A stretch of 64,000 nucleotides of DNA, taken from assembly GCA_026770705.1 (NCBI GenBank), contig JANJGN010000042.1:6138001-6202000 (forward strand), written 5' to 3'. The first letter of the stretch is position 1, and each line of letters opens with the position of its first letter. The notes under the pieces were generated by a model. That model was given only the letters and a program-made list of their open reading frames with translations, was not told where the DNA came from and did no database searches. Positions 38,054 through 51,129 of the stretch are shown piece after piece. A program made the translations under genes and the position numbers. Source of the DNA: Isurus oxyrinchus (Eukaryota).

Positions 38054-41000
38054 CAGCTCTTTGACCAGAGGGCATTTCAGCTTTATATTCAAAGCTTGGT
38101 GGCAAAGTCCTCTTGGGGACAGATTGTGTGACTCTATCAGCATGAGCAGCTGCTCCGTTACACCACTTCACCTTGTGGTTGCTGCATAGCCTCGCCAATC
38201 TGTGGCAACTCTGCTTAATTTACTTCTATTAGTTCATAAATTAACACTTTTTTTCTTAAGAAGCAGCGCTAAATAGAATTGTGCATCATTACAACAACCG
38301 AGTATGTTCAGCAAATCCCACTTAATCAAATAAAATATATTGAGAAGAAAACATTGAATGCCGCTATGTGTTAGTACTACTTTTGAAATAGTAGGATTGT
38401 TTCTTGTCTCAGTCATTTTTTAAATATTTTATGACAATTTGAATTTGAGAATTAACAATAAAAACGCCCTTACCACGTCCGTGAGCTCGCAGACAACCCA
38501 CCAGGCTTGTCGAACCTGTCCTTGTCCTAGGATGAGTTAAGGCTCGCCAGCTGTTACAGAAGGTCCAAGCATTCCCTTTAGGAAATGGAAACTCACATGT
38601 GAATAATCCCAAAAATACATTCTCGAAACAAGATCTGCAGTAATAGTAAGCACTCATCTGGTCACCACTTATATTGATAATCTCATTTTGTTAAGGAAAG
38701 ACTTTATCTACTGGCATTTGTTCCAGAATTGTTAATAGACCATACTTGAATGTGGAAATTATTTAATTAGTGCTGCGTAGCTGAGCAAATTTTCAAAACG
38801 TTTTGTGCATATCTCATATACAGCTCCCAGAGGAGCACAGCATTGCATCTTCGCTTACCAGCATCATGCAAGTAACATAGACATTGATTTCTGGCACAGT
38901 CGCACGGGCTTACATCCTTTTAGAGACCCAATGGAAACTAAAGGCATACCTGACTGCTTGTTAGCTACATAGATTCCTGAAACACATGTTTAAAAACAAA
39001 ACCCTTGTTTGTGGACTACTCTGGAGGCTTGTTGCTCTGTGATCCCTGATGCCTCCAAATCAATTCCACTGAAGATCTATTTCTAGCCAATGTTTTAACA
39101 CCTTTAAAGAAAATCCGTTAAGGACACAAGAAGGGAGAACCAATATAACAGGATCACAAAATCATAATGACAAAGAAGGAGGCCTTTCGGCCCATCGTGT
39201 CTGCACTGACTCCCCAAATGAGCATAACGACCTAGTGTCAGTCTCCTGCCTTTTCCCCGTACCCATGCGCATTGTTTCTATTCAAAACAAATATCCAATG
39301 CCTTCTTGAACCTCCATTGAAACTGCCTCCTCTATAATACCAGGTAGCACCTTCCAGACCCAAACCACTATTGCATGAAAGTGTTTTCTCTCACGTCACA
39401 GTTGCTTCATTGTCCTCTCGTTCTTTATCCTTTAATGACCAGCAACAGCTTCTCCTTATCTAATCTGTTCAGGTTCCTCGTGATTTTGAACATCTCTATT
39501 AAATCTCCTCTTAGCCTTCATCTCTCCAAGGAGAACAGTCTGAACCTCTTCAATCCAACCACATAGCTGAAGATTCTCATCCGTGGAACCATTCTTGTAA
39601 ACCTCCTCTGCACTCTCTCCAATGTGTTTACATCCTTCCTATAATGTTGCGCCAAGAACTGTACATAATGCTCCAGCTGAGGCCTCGCGAGTGTCATATA
39701 TAAAATCAGCTAACCTCCGTGCTCTTGTACATTATACCCCTATTAGCAAAACCCAGTATACCGTTTGCTTCATTAACTTCTCTCTCCACCCTGTCACATT
39801 CAACTATCTATGCTCATATACACCCCAGGCCTTTCTGCTTCTGCACCCTGTTTCCAAGTTTATCCCTTATTTAGACTGTCTGTAAATAGTCATCCTATAA
39901 AATACAACACTTCACACTTCTCCGCATTGAACTTCATCTGCCACCTACCTCCCCAGTCCATCAACTTGGCTATGTCCTCTTGAAGTTCTGCACTGTCCTC
40001 CTCGCTGTTTACAACACTCCCAAGCTGAGTATCATCCGCAAGCATTCAAATTCACCCCTGCACACCAAGATCTGAATAATTAAAATATATCAGGACAAGC
40101 AAAGGTCCCAGTGCCGATCCCCGGGGAACTCCACTGCAAACCTCCCTCCAGCTGGTACAATATCAATTGACCATTAGCCTCTGCCTCCTATTTTTTTCAC
40201 ATAATTTTGCATCGACGTTGTTATTGTCCATTTTATTCCATGGGCAATAACTTTTCTCACATGTCTGTTGCTTAGCACTGTATCAAATGCCTTTTGAAAG
40301 TCCATACACACCACTTAAACAGCATTACCCTCATTGACCTTTTCTGTCGCCTCTTCAGATAACTCCAGCAAGTTCGTTAAACACGATTTCCCCCTGAGAA
40401 ATCCATGCTAGCTCTTGTTTATCAACCATTATTTTTGCATGTGACTGCTAATTCCATCTGTAATAATTTTTCTTTCCAGAATCTTGCCCACCGCTTAAGT
40501 TAAGCTGCCTCGTCTGTAATTACTGGGATTATTCTTACCACATTTTTTGAACAGGGGCGTAATGCTTGCAATTCCACAGCCTTTTCCTTAAAACATCGTT
40601 GCCCAAATCTAGAAAGTGAATTTTCCTAATTATACTATTTCAGATACAAACACTGATATTTGATGTTCTGAACAATTACGACGTAAACTGAGTGAAAATT
40701 ATAACATATACGGACAGGTATTTTTTTGCATTCAGTTAGATCATGGTTGATCTGCACCTTAACGTTGTTGTTCCACATTGCCTCAAGGTCCTTCGTTTAC
40801 TTTATCTGTAATGGCAATATTTGCAGTGATTTGTCTAAATGAAATGTTAGAAACATTGGGAACTTACGCCCGTTGCTAGTCATGTGGAGATTGCATGTTC
40901 TCAACAATACATTTAATATTCATCTTTGTTTTATATGTTGCTACAGTGTTATTATTTAGTCATTATTTTATACTCTGTACACGCAAAGGTTTGGAATACG

Positions 41001-44000
41001 TGTGATGCTGAAATTCACCGTTGTTTTTATTTTTTTAAAAAACGAGTGTTCCATCTTTATTTCTAACATTTGTTTAGCTCATACAATTTGTCCAAGTTTC
41101 TGATTGCTCCAATTATTAGGTTAATGCAACTCACCTGTAAATATCATTAATATAAAACATCAAAAATAGAAATAACGAGAGATGCAATTCAATTGAACAA
41201 TGAGCTTATTAACCCCCACTTATTATTGCAGCTATTTAATTGATTAGAACAACATTATCTTGGATGAATGAAGAGAACTTGGGAAATAATCTGGAAAATT
41301 TATAAGGTCTAATTATTCAGCAACATATCAGAAATTTAAACAAGGTCCACAAATATTCTTTAGGTAATGAGTATTCACTCTTAGCAGCTATGTTCTGATA
41401 ATTAATTTGTTGAATTAACAATCATCAATTTACTGAAGCGAGGCCTATGATTCAATATAGTTAGATTTATTAACTGCATTCTGTGGGAACATCACTTGAG
41501 ATGAATAGGCCGTTATGCAACAAGGAATGAGAGCTTAGTCCTGAACTTGGAGCAGCTGCGAATTATTGATTTATTAATGGCAAGTTGGCTTCTCTGGGTT
41601 AAGCAAGTTATTATTGACTATCCCTAATTGCCCTTGAAAGCTGGTGATGCGCCGCTTTAATGAAATGCCATTGCCCACTTGGTGTATGTGCAAAAACATT
41701 TATGTCAGGAAGGCAGTTAGAGGGCTTTGGCCCAGCAGCATGGATGCAACAGCAACATATTTCCAAGTCAGGGTGGCGTGTGGTTTGGAGGGTAACTTGC
41801 AATCGGTGGTGTTCCATTTCATCTACAGACTTTGTCCTTCAAGGTGGCAGAGGTCAAGGTTTTGTTTGCTCTCGATGGACGCTTCGTGAATTGCTGAAGT
41901 TCATTTTGTGTTGTATATGCTGCTGTCACTACCTGTCGCTGATGGAGGGAGTAAATGTTTAAGAGGGTGAATAAGTTGCGATTGAAGGGGGCTCCATTTC
42001 CTGATGTTATGGAGTTTCGTGAGTGCTGTTGGAGCTGCATTTATCTGGGCAGTGGACAATATTCCATCACACTCCTGTCTTGTGCCTTGTAGATCGTGGA
42101 CAGTTCTTGGTGGGGGTGAGGTGAGTTTCTCACTGCAGAGTTCCTAACCTGTGAACTGCTCTTTTCGCCAAATTATTTATCTGGATGGTACAGTTCAGAT
42201 TCTCTCCAATAGTAATCCCCACAATGTTGATATTGGGCGTGTCAGTGATAGTAATGTCATTGATTCTCAGACGGAAATGATTAGATTCTCTCATATTGGA
42301 GATGACCATTGCCTAATAATCGTATCAAACGAATGTTAGTTTCAAATTATCAGCCCAAGTCTAGATGTTGTCCTATTCTTGCTGCCCAAGGCCAGGAGCT
42401 GCTTCATTATCTGTGGTGCGGATATTCTTGTTTAACCTTGTACAATCAATAGCGAACATCCCCACTTCTGACCTGATGATGGAAGGATGGTCATTGATGA
42501 AGCAGCGGAAGATTTATGGGCCGAGATCACTACCCCGAGGAACTCCTGCAGGAATATCCTGGGACTAAGATGTTTGACCTTCAAAAACCACAATGATCTT
42601 CTTTTGTGCTAAGTATGACTCTTACCAGTTTCCCATTGACTCCAGTTTTTTGAGGGCTCCTTAATGCCACACTCGGTCAAAGGATGCCCTGATGTCAACA
42701 GCAGTTATTCTCATCTCACCTCTTTTGTTCAATTCTGGTTCATATTTGGTTCTAGAATGCAATGGCGTTCAGAGCTGAGTAGCGATGATGCAACACAGAC
42801 TGAGCGTCAATGAACACCTCTTTGTGACACTGTTGAAAACACCTCCCATCACTTTGTTGATAACCAAGAGTAAACTGATGGTGGGGTAATTGGCCGTGTT
42901 GGATTTGTCACTTCTTTTGTGCACATGCTAAAAATAGGAAATGTTCTACTTTTAGGGGTGTATGCCAGTGTTCCAAATACACTGGAACAGCTTGGCTAGG
43001 GGTACAGCTAATTCCGGAGGACAAGACTTCAGTGCAATTGCTGGAATGTTGTCAGGGCCCGAAACCTTTGCAGTTTCTAGAGCCTTCAGCAGCTTTCTCA
43101 TGAAGTGGGGTGAATCAAATTGGCTGAAGACTCGCTCTTCTGATGCTGCTGACCTCAAGAGCAGGCAGAGTTCAACCATCCACTGAGCATTTCTGACTGA
43201 AGATTGTTGCAAATGATTCGGCTTTGTCTTTTGCACTGATGTTCTGGGCTCGCCTGTTATTGGTGATGAGGGTATTTATGGATTCTCATCGTCTTGTTAA
43301 TTGTTGACTTATCCAAGCCCTTTTTTTGACTGGATGTGGCAGGACTGCAGACCTTCAATATGACATGTTGGTTGCACGATTACTTACTTCTCTCGATCGC
43401 ATGCTGTTTCTGCTCTTTGGCAATCAAGTTCTCTATTCACCATGTTGACACCTCAATTTTAGGCCTGCCTGATTCTGCCAAAGCCATGCCCACCTCAACT
43501 CTTTGTTCAACGAGTTTGGATCCACTGATTTGATGGTAGTGGTGTAGGGGGTTATTTGCTGGGCCCCGAGGTTATAGATTGCGGTTGAATAGATATCCAC
43601 TGTTGGTGATGGTCCACATTGCCTCATAGACTGTCCAGTTTAAAGTTGCAAGATGTATTGGAAATCAATCCCAATAACACGGTGATAGGTGCCATACAAC
43701 AGGAATCTCTCTGGTAAGTGTTTCACAAGATAGAATTTAGATTAGAAGTCACTGTCTGGTATGAAACCTAGGCATGCTAGTTAAGAAGCCTAGTTAACAG
43801 AAACGGCTATGTCACTTTCAGTTAACAGTCAGCCAACTGAATGTTGCTACCCGAATAGATGTTATTTACCAAAGCAGAAAGCTGACTTAGCATTTGCATT
43901 TTGGTTTGAGCCATCTGCTCTCTCTCTTTCGAGAAGTATACAGAGTGAGACGACAAAGTCAGTTCACAAGGCTTTCCTGCAACGAGGAAAAAAAGCCAAT

Positions 44001-44040
44001 TTGGAAATTTGGTGTAAGTGGGAAATCAGTGCAAAGGGAG

Positions 44041-45560
44041 AAAATAAATAAATAAATATGTTTTTTTCTTTTTCTCTTTTTATAATGGAAATAGGTGGGA
44101 AAAGGAAAATCTATATAATTTATTGGAAAAAAAGAAAAGCAAGGGGGAAAGAGAAAGGGGGTGGGGATGGGGGAGGGAGCTCACGATCTAAAGTTGTTGA
44201 ATTGAATATTCAGTCCGGATGGCTGTAAGGTGCCTAGTCGGAAGATGAGGTGCTGTTCCTCGAGTTTGCGTTGGGCTTCACTGGAACACTGCAGCAAGCC
44301 AAGGACAGACATGTGGGCAAGAGAGCGGGGTGGAGTGTTAAAATGGCAAGCGACAGGGAGGTTTGGGTCATTCTTGCGGACAGACCGCAGGTGTTCTGCA
44401 AAGTGGTCACCCAGTTTACGTTCATCCTCCGCCATTTCCGCTAACTCCAGCATAATGCCACCACCAAACACATCTTCCCTTCACCCCCCCCCCGTATCGG
44501 CATTCCGTAGAGATCGCTCCCTCCGGGACACCCTGGTCCACTCCTCCATCACCCCCTACTCCTCAACCCCCTCCTATGGCACCACCCCATGCCCACGCAA
44601 AAGATGCAATACCTGCCCCTTCACTTCCTCTCTCCTCACCGTTCAAGGACCAAAACACTCCTTTCAACTGAAGCAGCATTTCACTTGCATTTCCCCCAAC
44701 TTAGTCTACTGCATTCGTTGCTCCCAATGTGGTCTCCTCTACATTGGAGAGACCAAACGTAAACTGGGAGACCGCTTTGCAGAACACCTGCGGTCTGTCC
44801 GCAAGAATGACCCAAACCTCCCTGTCGCTTGCCATTTTAACACTCCACCCTGCTCTCTTGCCCACGTGTCTGTCCTTGGCTTGCTGCATTGTTCCAGTGA
44901 AGCCCAACGCAAACTGGAGGAATAACACCTCATCTTCCGACTAGGCACTTTACAGCCTTCCGGACTGAATATTGAATTCAACAACTTTCGGTCGTGAGCT
45001 CCCTCCCCCATCCCCATCCCCTTTCTGTTTCCCCCTTCCTTTTCTTTTTTTTTCCAATAAATTATGCAGATTTTCCTTTTCCCACCTATTTCCATTATAG
45101 AAGGAGAAAAAGAAAAAAAAATATTTATTTATTTATTTTATATTTCTTTTACATCTTTTATGCTCCCCCCACTCCCACTAGAGCTGTACCTTGAGTGCCC
45201 TACCATCCATTCTTAATTAGCACATTCGTTTAGATAATATCACCAACTTTAACTTTAACACCTATGTGTTCTTTTGTACTATTGTTGTTGACATCTTTTG
45301 ATGATCTGCTTCTATCACTGCTTGTTTGTCCCTACAACCACACCCCCACTCCACCTCTCTCTCTCTCCGCCCCTCACACACACACCTTAAACCAACTTAT
45401 ATTTCAACTCTTTCTTGGACTCGAACTCAAGTTCTGTCGAAGGGTCATGAGGACTCGAAACGTCAACGCTTTTCTTCTCCGCCGATGCTGCCAGACCTGC
45501 TGAGTTTTTCCAGGTAATTCTGTTTTTGTTTCTGTTTTGGATTTCCAGGATCCGCATTTT
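44041..45560 (+). mobile_element. Penelope-like retroelement (GIY-YIG endonuclease 3' fragment) with an inverted 5' duplication
   Basis: Translates CPRKRCNTC..FTCISPNLVYCIRCSQCGLLYIGETKRKLGDRFAEHLRSVRKND..VACHFN..EQHLIFRLGTLQPSGLNI.F. Inverted arms at 44041-44422 and 44756-45139. Confidence 0.92.
45431..45467 (+). ncRNA. Minimal type I hammerhead-ribozyme-like motif in the Penelope terminal region (A6 position variant)
   Basis: GTT-CTGTCGA-A-GGGTC-atgag-GACTC-GAA-ACGT-C-AAC: stem I GTT/AAC, core CUGuCGA, stem II GGGTC/GACTC, GAAA, palindromic ACGT stem/loop III, GUC cleavage triplet. Confidence 0.6.
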
Positions 45561-45719
45561 TTTTTTTGGTTTTTATCCCAGTTAAACAGAGGCAGATCCG
45601 TGCTGGCGGGTTAAGGTTTCAAATCAGCCTGAGCCAAAGCCACGCAGGGAGGATAGACCCAAGTGAAATAAATGAAACCACACATACCACAAGTAAGCAA
45701 GTTATTAGGGCCGTGCAAA

Positions 45720-46720
45720 TGTCCCACGCAGAGATAGATGGGAATAAGAACAGTGTGCCGTCAGGGAAACAGAACAGTGCTATGGAACTCAACTGGGGAA
45801 CCGTGGGTTCCATTAGGAGGTTCATAGTGGAACAGCAGTCCAAACTAATCACAAAAATGCAGAAGGAGGGGTGGAATCCACAGGGAACCCCCGGAGTACA
45901 AAAACAGTGGTGTATAGAGCAGAAAAAGTATAAGGAAAAGAAAGGGGTGATGGTTATTATTATCTTGTCCCTGCAGTTGTGTAGGCAGATTAATCCTAAA
46001 TTCCAGTCGATTAGACAGAGAGAGACAGGGTCAGAATCAGGACAGATCAGAGCAGTGGCGACAGCTTGTAGTGACACTGATCAAAAGGGAGAGAGCTCCA
46101 AAGCAGAAACCAATGATGGAGTTGCGACAAAACCGACCTCATACGAACCAACCACCCCATTTTGCCCGTTGAATCCCATGGCCCCTGTGGCAGTAACTGT
46201 TAGGAAAAGTAAAGCCAGGAAAGGCTAATAATAAACCGAAGGGAGAAAGGAGGCTGAGGAATGGAGGAAGGACGAGGAGATGGAGAGTGTTAAGGAGAAA
46301 GTTCAGCATGTACCATTAAGCCCGGGGGTGAAGCAGGTTTTGCTGAAAGAACTGCTGAGACTTAAAACTCGGCATAACAAACCAGATTTTTGAACCAAAC
46401 TAGGGGAAATGCAATGCACCCCCTTGATAACCACATACTGGTGAAGGCGAAGTGCCAGGGGATATTTGGGGATGATTGGCCATACAGTTTAGAAGCGGAG
46501 ATTGGGCAAAACCTGGGCACATCCCAGATCGGGAGAAGGCGACAGCCCAGCACAGGGACTTTGAGGAGGCAATTGAGGAAGCCTTGAGGGATGGAGAGAC
46601 AAATTGGGTGCGTATAATGTCTGGTGCGATATGACAGATTTTCCTGAAAATCTGGAAGGATGATTGGTACCCAATAGGTCCACCACTGAATTTTCTGTAA
46701 CTTAATATTCAATTGATCTA
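45720..46720 (+). pseudogene. gag: Retroviral gag-like remnant
   Basis: Broken ORFs MELNWGTVGSIRRFIVEQQSKLITKMQKEGWNPQGTP..MAPVAVTVRK..VQHVPLSPGVKQVLLKEL..MHPLDNHILVKAKC, assigned mainly by position 5' of int and env. Confidence 0.5.
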
Positions 46721-46995
46721 AGTTACAAGAGCTGCTTGTGCTGAAGAGAGAGAGAGAGAAAAGGGGCCTACCCCTAGAGGATTAATAAGCACTGACAGGC
46801 AGTAGCAGGGGAACTGTGAGCTTTCGTCAGTTTGATGGTCCTTAAAGGTGGTGCCTTCAAGATCCCTTTATTTCCTCCATTGCTATTTGAAGTTTCATTT
46901 AGAATATGAGAGTTTTAAGTCGTTGTTAAGGATACAGGAATATAAATACATAATTCTAAATGTAAGTTTGCTTGTGTGCAATGAAGCATTTGTAA

Positions 46996-49476
46996 AGAAA
47001 CATATAAAAGTTACAGCACAGAAGGAGGCCATTCAGCTCATCTTGTACATGCTAGCCCGAGGACACCCAGGTGCCCTTTATAATCCCACCTTCCTGCACC
47101 CGGCCCATAGCCCTGCAGTTTACAGCACTTAAGGTGCAGATCCAGGTACTTTTTTAAACAGTTTAAAGTTTCTGTCTCTACCACCAACTTGGGCAGTGAA
47201 TTCCAGACACCCACTACCCTCTGCATAAAAAAGTTCTTACTCATGTCCCCCCTACACCTTCTGCCACTTATCTTAAATCTATGTGCCCTAGAATTCTCCA
47301 CCAAGGGAAACAATCTTATCCTGTCCACTCTATCTATTCCACTCATTATTTTGTACACCTCAAGCAAGTCACCTCTCAGCCTTCTTTGTTCCAAGGAAAA
47401 TAGCCACAACCTATCCAATCTCTCCTCGTAGCAACACTTTTCTAACCCAGGCAACATTTGTGTAAACCTCCTCTGCACTCTGTCCAGAGCTATTACGTCC
47501 TTCCAGTAATGTGGTGACCAGAACTGCACACAGTACTCCAGCTGTGGCCTCACCAGTGTTTTATGCAATTCCAACATTACATCCTTACTTTTAAGTCCAT
47601 ACCTCTGCTAATGATGGAGATCATTCCATATGCTTTCTTTACAACCTTGTCTACTTGAACTGCTGCCTTCAGGGACCTGTGTACTTGAACGCCAAGATCT
47701 CTCACTTCGTCTACCCCTCTTTGTATATTCCAACTTATTTTGAAATCCCTGTACCTGTTTGACCTCCCTAAATGTATGACCTCACACCTCTCTATGTAAA
47801 AATCCATCTGCCACTTTACCACCCACTCCACCAACCCATTTATATCATTTTGGAGATTATGGCTATCTTCTGCACTATCCACTACTCGGCCAATGTTTTT
47901 ATCATCTGCAAATTTCCTAATCGTGCCCTCCAGGGTCACGTCCAAATCGTTACTTTGCAACATAAACAGCAAGGGTCCCAACACCGAAACATGTGAAACA
48001 CCACTTGAGACCACTTACCATTTGCAAGGGCATCCATCGACCATTACCCTTTGTTTCCTGTTACAAAGCCAACTTTTTATCCAGTTTTCCACATTACCCT
48101 GAATCCCATGGGCTTTTACCTTCCTGACCAATCTGCCATGTGGGACCTCGTCAAATGCCTTTCTAAAATCCATGTGCACAACGTCTTCTGCACGACCTTC
48201 ATCAACCCATCTTGTCACTTCCTCAAAGAATTCAGTCAAATTTGTGATGCAAGACCTTCCTTTGACAAATTCATGCTGACCATCCCTGTCTAGCCCATGC
48301 TTTTCCACATGACAGTTAATCCTATCTCTCAGGATTGATTCTACTAATTTGCTCACCACCGATGTAAGACTAAATGGCCAATGATTGTTTGGTATTTCGG
48401 TTTATCCCTTTTCATGCAATGGACCTACGTTTGCATTTCTCCAGTCCTCCGGCACCTCCCCTGTATCGAGTGAAGATTGGAAAATCATCCTCAGAGCATC
48501 TGTTATCTTCTCACTGACTTCCTTCAGCAGCCTCGGAAACTGGCCCTGGCGACTTGTAAACTTTCAAGGATATCAATCGTTCGAGTACTTCCTCCCTCTT
48601 TGTGACTATCCTGTCCAATATCTCGCAGTGTTCCTCCTGGACTACTATATCTACGTCCTCCCTTTCCTTTGTAAACGCGAAGACGAAATATTCATTCAAA
48701 ACCCTTCCCACAGCCTCTGCATCTGCAAAGAAATTTCCATCTTCATCTCTGATAGGTCCCACTTTTTCCTTAACTAATAATGTATTGGTAAAATATCTGT
48801 GGGTTATCATTAACTTTACTTGCTAATCTTTTTTCATGCCCTCTCTTTGATTTCCTTATTTCCTTTTTTACTTCGTCCCTGCACTTCCTTTGTCTGTGTA
48901 TGCTATCTGCAGTGCTTAGTTCTTTGTGCCTATCGTACAATTCCTTTTTCTGTTTGATCTTCCCCTGTATTCCTCCAGACAAACAGGATTTAGTAGTACT
49001 GTTCTTATTTTTGTCAAGGACATGTCTACTTTGTACAATTAGGATCTCGCTTTTTAGTGCTTCTCACTTGTTTTCCATTGTTTTACCCTCCAGCACTGCT
49101 GTCCAGGCAACCTCAGCCAAGTCCCTTCTTATTTCAGATATATTTGAATTCCCCCATACTCCTGCCTTATCTCTGTCCTTTTCCATAGTAATGCTAAATC
49201 TATCTGAATTGTGATCACTGTCCTCAATATGGTCGCCAACTGTCAGATCACTTGCGGTTCTTCGTTCCCCAAGACAAGGTCTAGAATTGCATCTCCTCTC
49301 GTTGGGTTTGTCACTAATTGGTTGAAATAACTTTCCTGGACACACTGCCTGACTATTTCATCCTCAGTGCCCCTTGTATTGTTTGAATTCCAATTGTTAT
49401 TAGGATAGTTGAAGTCTCCTACTACTATTGCCCTCTTGTTCTTACAAACAGAGATTTGCCTACATATTTGTTCTAC
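46996..49476 (-). mobile_element. CR1 LINE inserted antisense into the ERV
   Basis: Minus ORFs VGDHIEDSDHN, KSPGP, SCITNLTEFFEEV..HMDFRKAFDEVPHGRL, GVSHVSVLGPLLF..KFADD and LVRPQLEYCVQFWSP..FFMQRVVGVWNSLP. Confidence 0.93.
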
Positions 49477-51129
49477 TCACATACGTGAGCTTTAATGTGT
49501 TTTCTTCTGTAAATTGTCATGTGTATGTGCAATTTAGCACGTTAGGGTTGAAAGCCCCAGGTTATATTAAAGGAAAAGTACACTCAAACATTCCAAAGTT
49601 TTGAGTATAAGGTTTGAGATGAGATTTCTGGCAAAAGGGGTCGCAATTTGAAGGTATCATGAAGCTAGGCAGGGTTAGATGAACCAATCTTTGTACCTAC
49701 CACCCCTTTGCAGACTAGCATCGCCAGCTTCCAAGATGATTGGGATTGATACAGACGAGTTGTATTAACTCATACAACTTTGTGTTATAATATTCTGCAG
49801 TAAAAAAAGGTTACCTGAATTTCAAGGAATTCTAGGCAAACCAAAAGGCATAAACACACAGTCTATGTGATTCCAATGAATAAAAGGGGGTTTCTCTTCA
49901 AGAGATTAATTAAATATGAAAGGAAATCTGCATGCCAACAGGATTGTTATTTAAAGCTGGGACAAGGCTTGACTTGTAAAGTGCAGTGTAATTTAACAGG
50001 TTACTTTGAATAAAGAGGATGCTATCCAAAGGTAAAGAATGTTTCGATAAACATATGGGAAGTATAACTTGGATACAAATCAATACACATAGAAAAAGGT
50101 AGTTTTAATTTTGATAAAGTAAATTACATTTCTTACAAAGTTTAAAATTTTGAGATTTGGTTCCTGATAATTTCTCAAAGGGAATTTTAATTTTTAAAAG
50201 TTTGACTACAATTGGATATAATTCACATGCTGCAAGCTTTTGTATTTGTAAGTCTGTTCCCGAAATATGAAGCTAAGTTCAAGACCTTGACAAAGTTTGG
50301 CAGAAATCCAATTTTGGCCGGGTTAATGAATCTGGGATAATTCTAAGAAACGGGTCAGGCACAATTTAGTGGGATACTTTTGAGACAATAAAATGCTGTT
50401 TGAGATGAAGATAAGGAACATATCAATGCCTAATTTCTGTTATTAAAACTGTTATATATTATTTATTTTAAAGTCTATCCAGGCAACATGAACAAGAGAA
50501 TAATGTAGCTGTTACATGTGTAAAATGGCATGAGGCAAGTAGGAGACATGGTTAGGGAAAGAGAACACTATATACAAACTGTTTTAAGGGAACTGAAATT
50601 GATAATCTGGCCATCAGCTGAGACATTCGAAACGCACAGGAAGAAATAAGCAAAGATCTAGAGACAGATATCCTCGGTGATATGGAATAGTTAATACGGC
50701 CTAAAAAGCAAGGAGACATTATAAACGATAAAAACAATAGAGACACTGGCATCAAGAGAACCTTAGGATGATCATGGTCAGGGGAAAAATACTTAGAGGT
50801 AGAACTATGTGGAATCTGTATTTCAGGAATTGAGATGTAAGGAGAAATAATACTCAACAACAATATACCACAAGGATACAAGTAAAGGGAAAGCTGGTAA
50901 AAGGCGAAATAGATGTATTACTGATTGCATTAATGTGACCGTGAAAAACAAAAAGTAAGACCATGGAATTAACAATATGATGACAGGAAGTTAAACGGCT
51001 CCCAGAGAGAACTGTCACTGGAAGTGAAGACACTGAGCCATTGAAAGATAGGATAAGAAGGTGCATTGTAGAATTGTGTAGGCAGTTTAAGAAATTAAGG
51101 TCCGATGTGGGACAGCAGCAGGAGACAGT

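Larger units (their letters stand above)
30929..44040 (+). repeat. Segmental tandem duplication, copy 2 (TM1-TM2 block without C exons)
   Basis: Collinear with 12391-27260 apart from the CR1 at 13546-15250. Begins at a family B LINE junction and ends at the Penelope-like insertion. Confidence 0.93.

Noticed and set aside
30929-44040. Duplication as a haplotype or assembly artefact
   Set aside because: Many substitutions and indels throughout (13 substitutions in 158 nt even in TM1) plus a copy-specific CR1 insertion exceed allelic divergence.
43704-44040. 5' LTR of the ERV
   Set aside because: No similarity to the 3' LTR (53804-54372); its paralog (26927-27260) continues into CR1-like 5' sequence.
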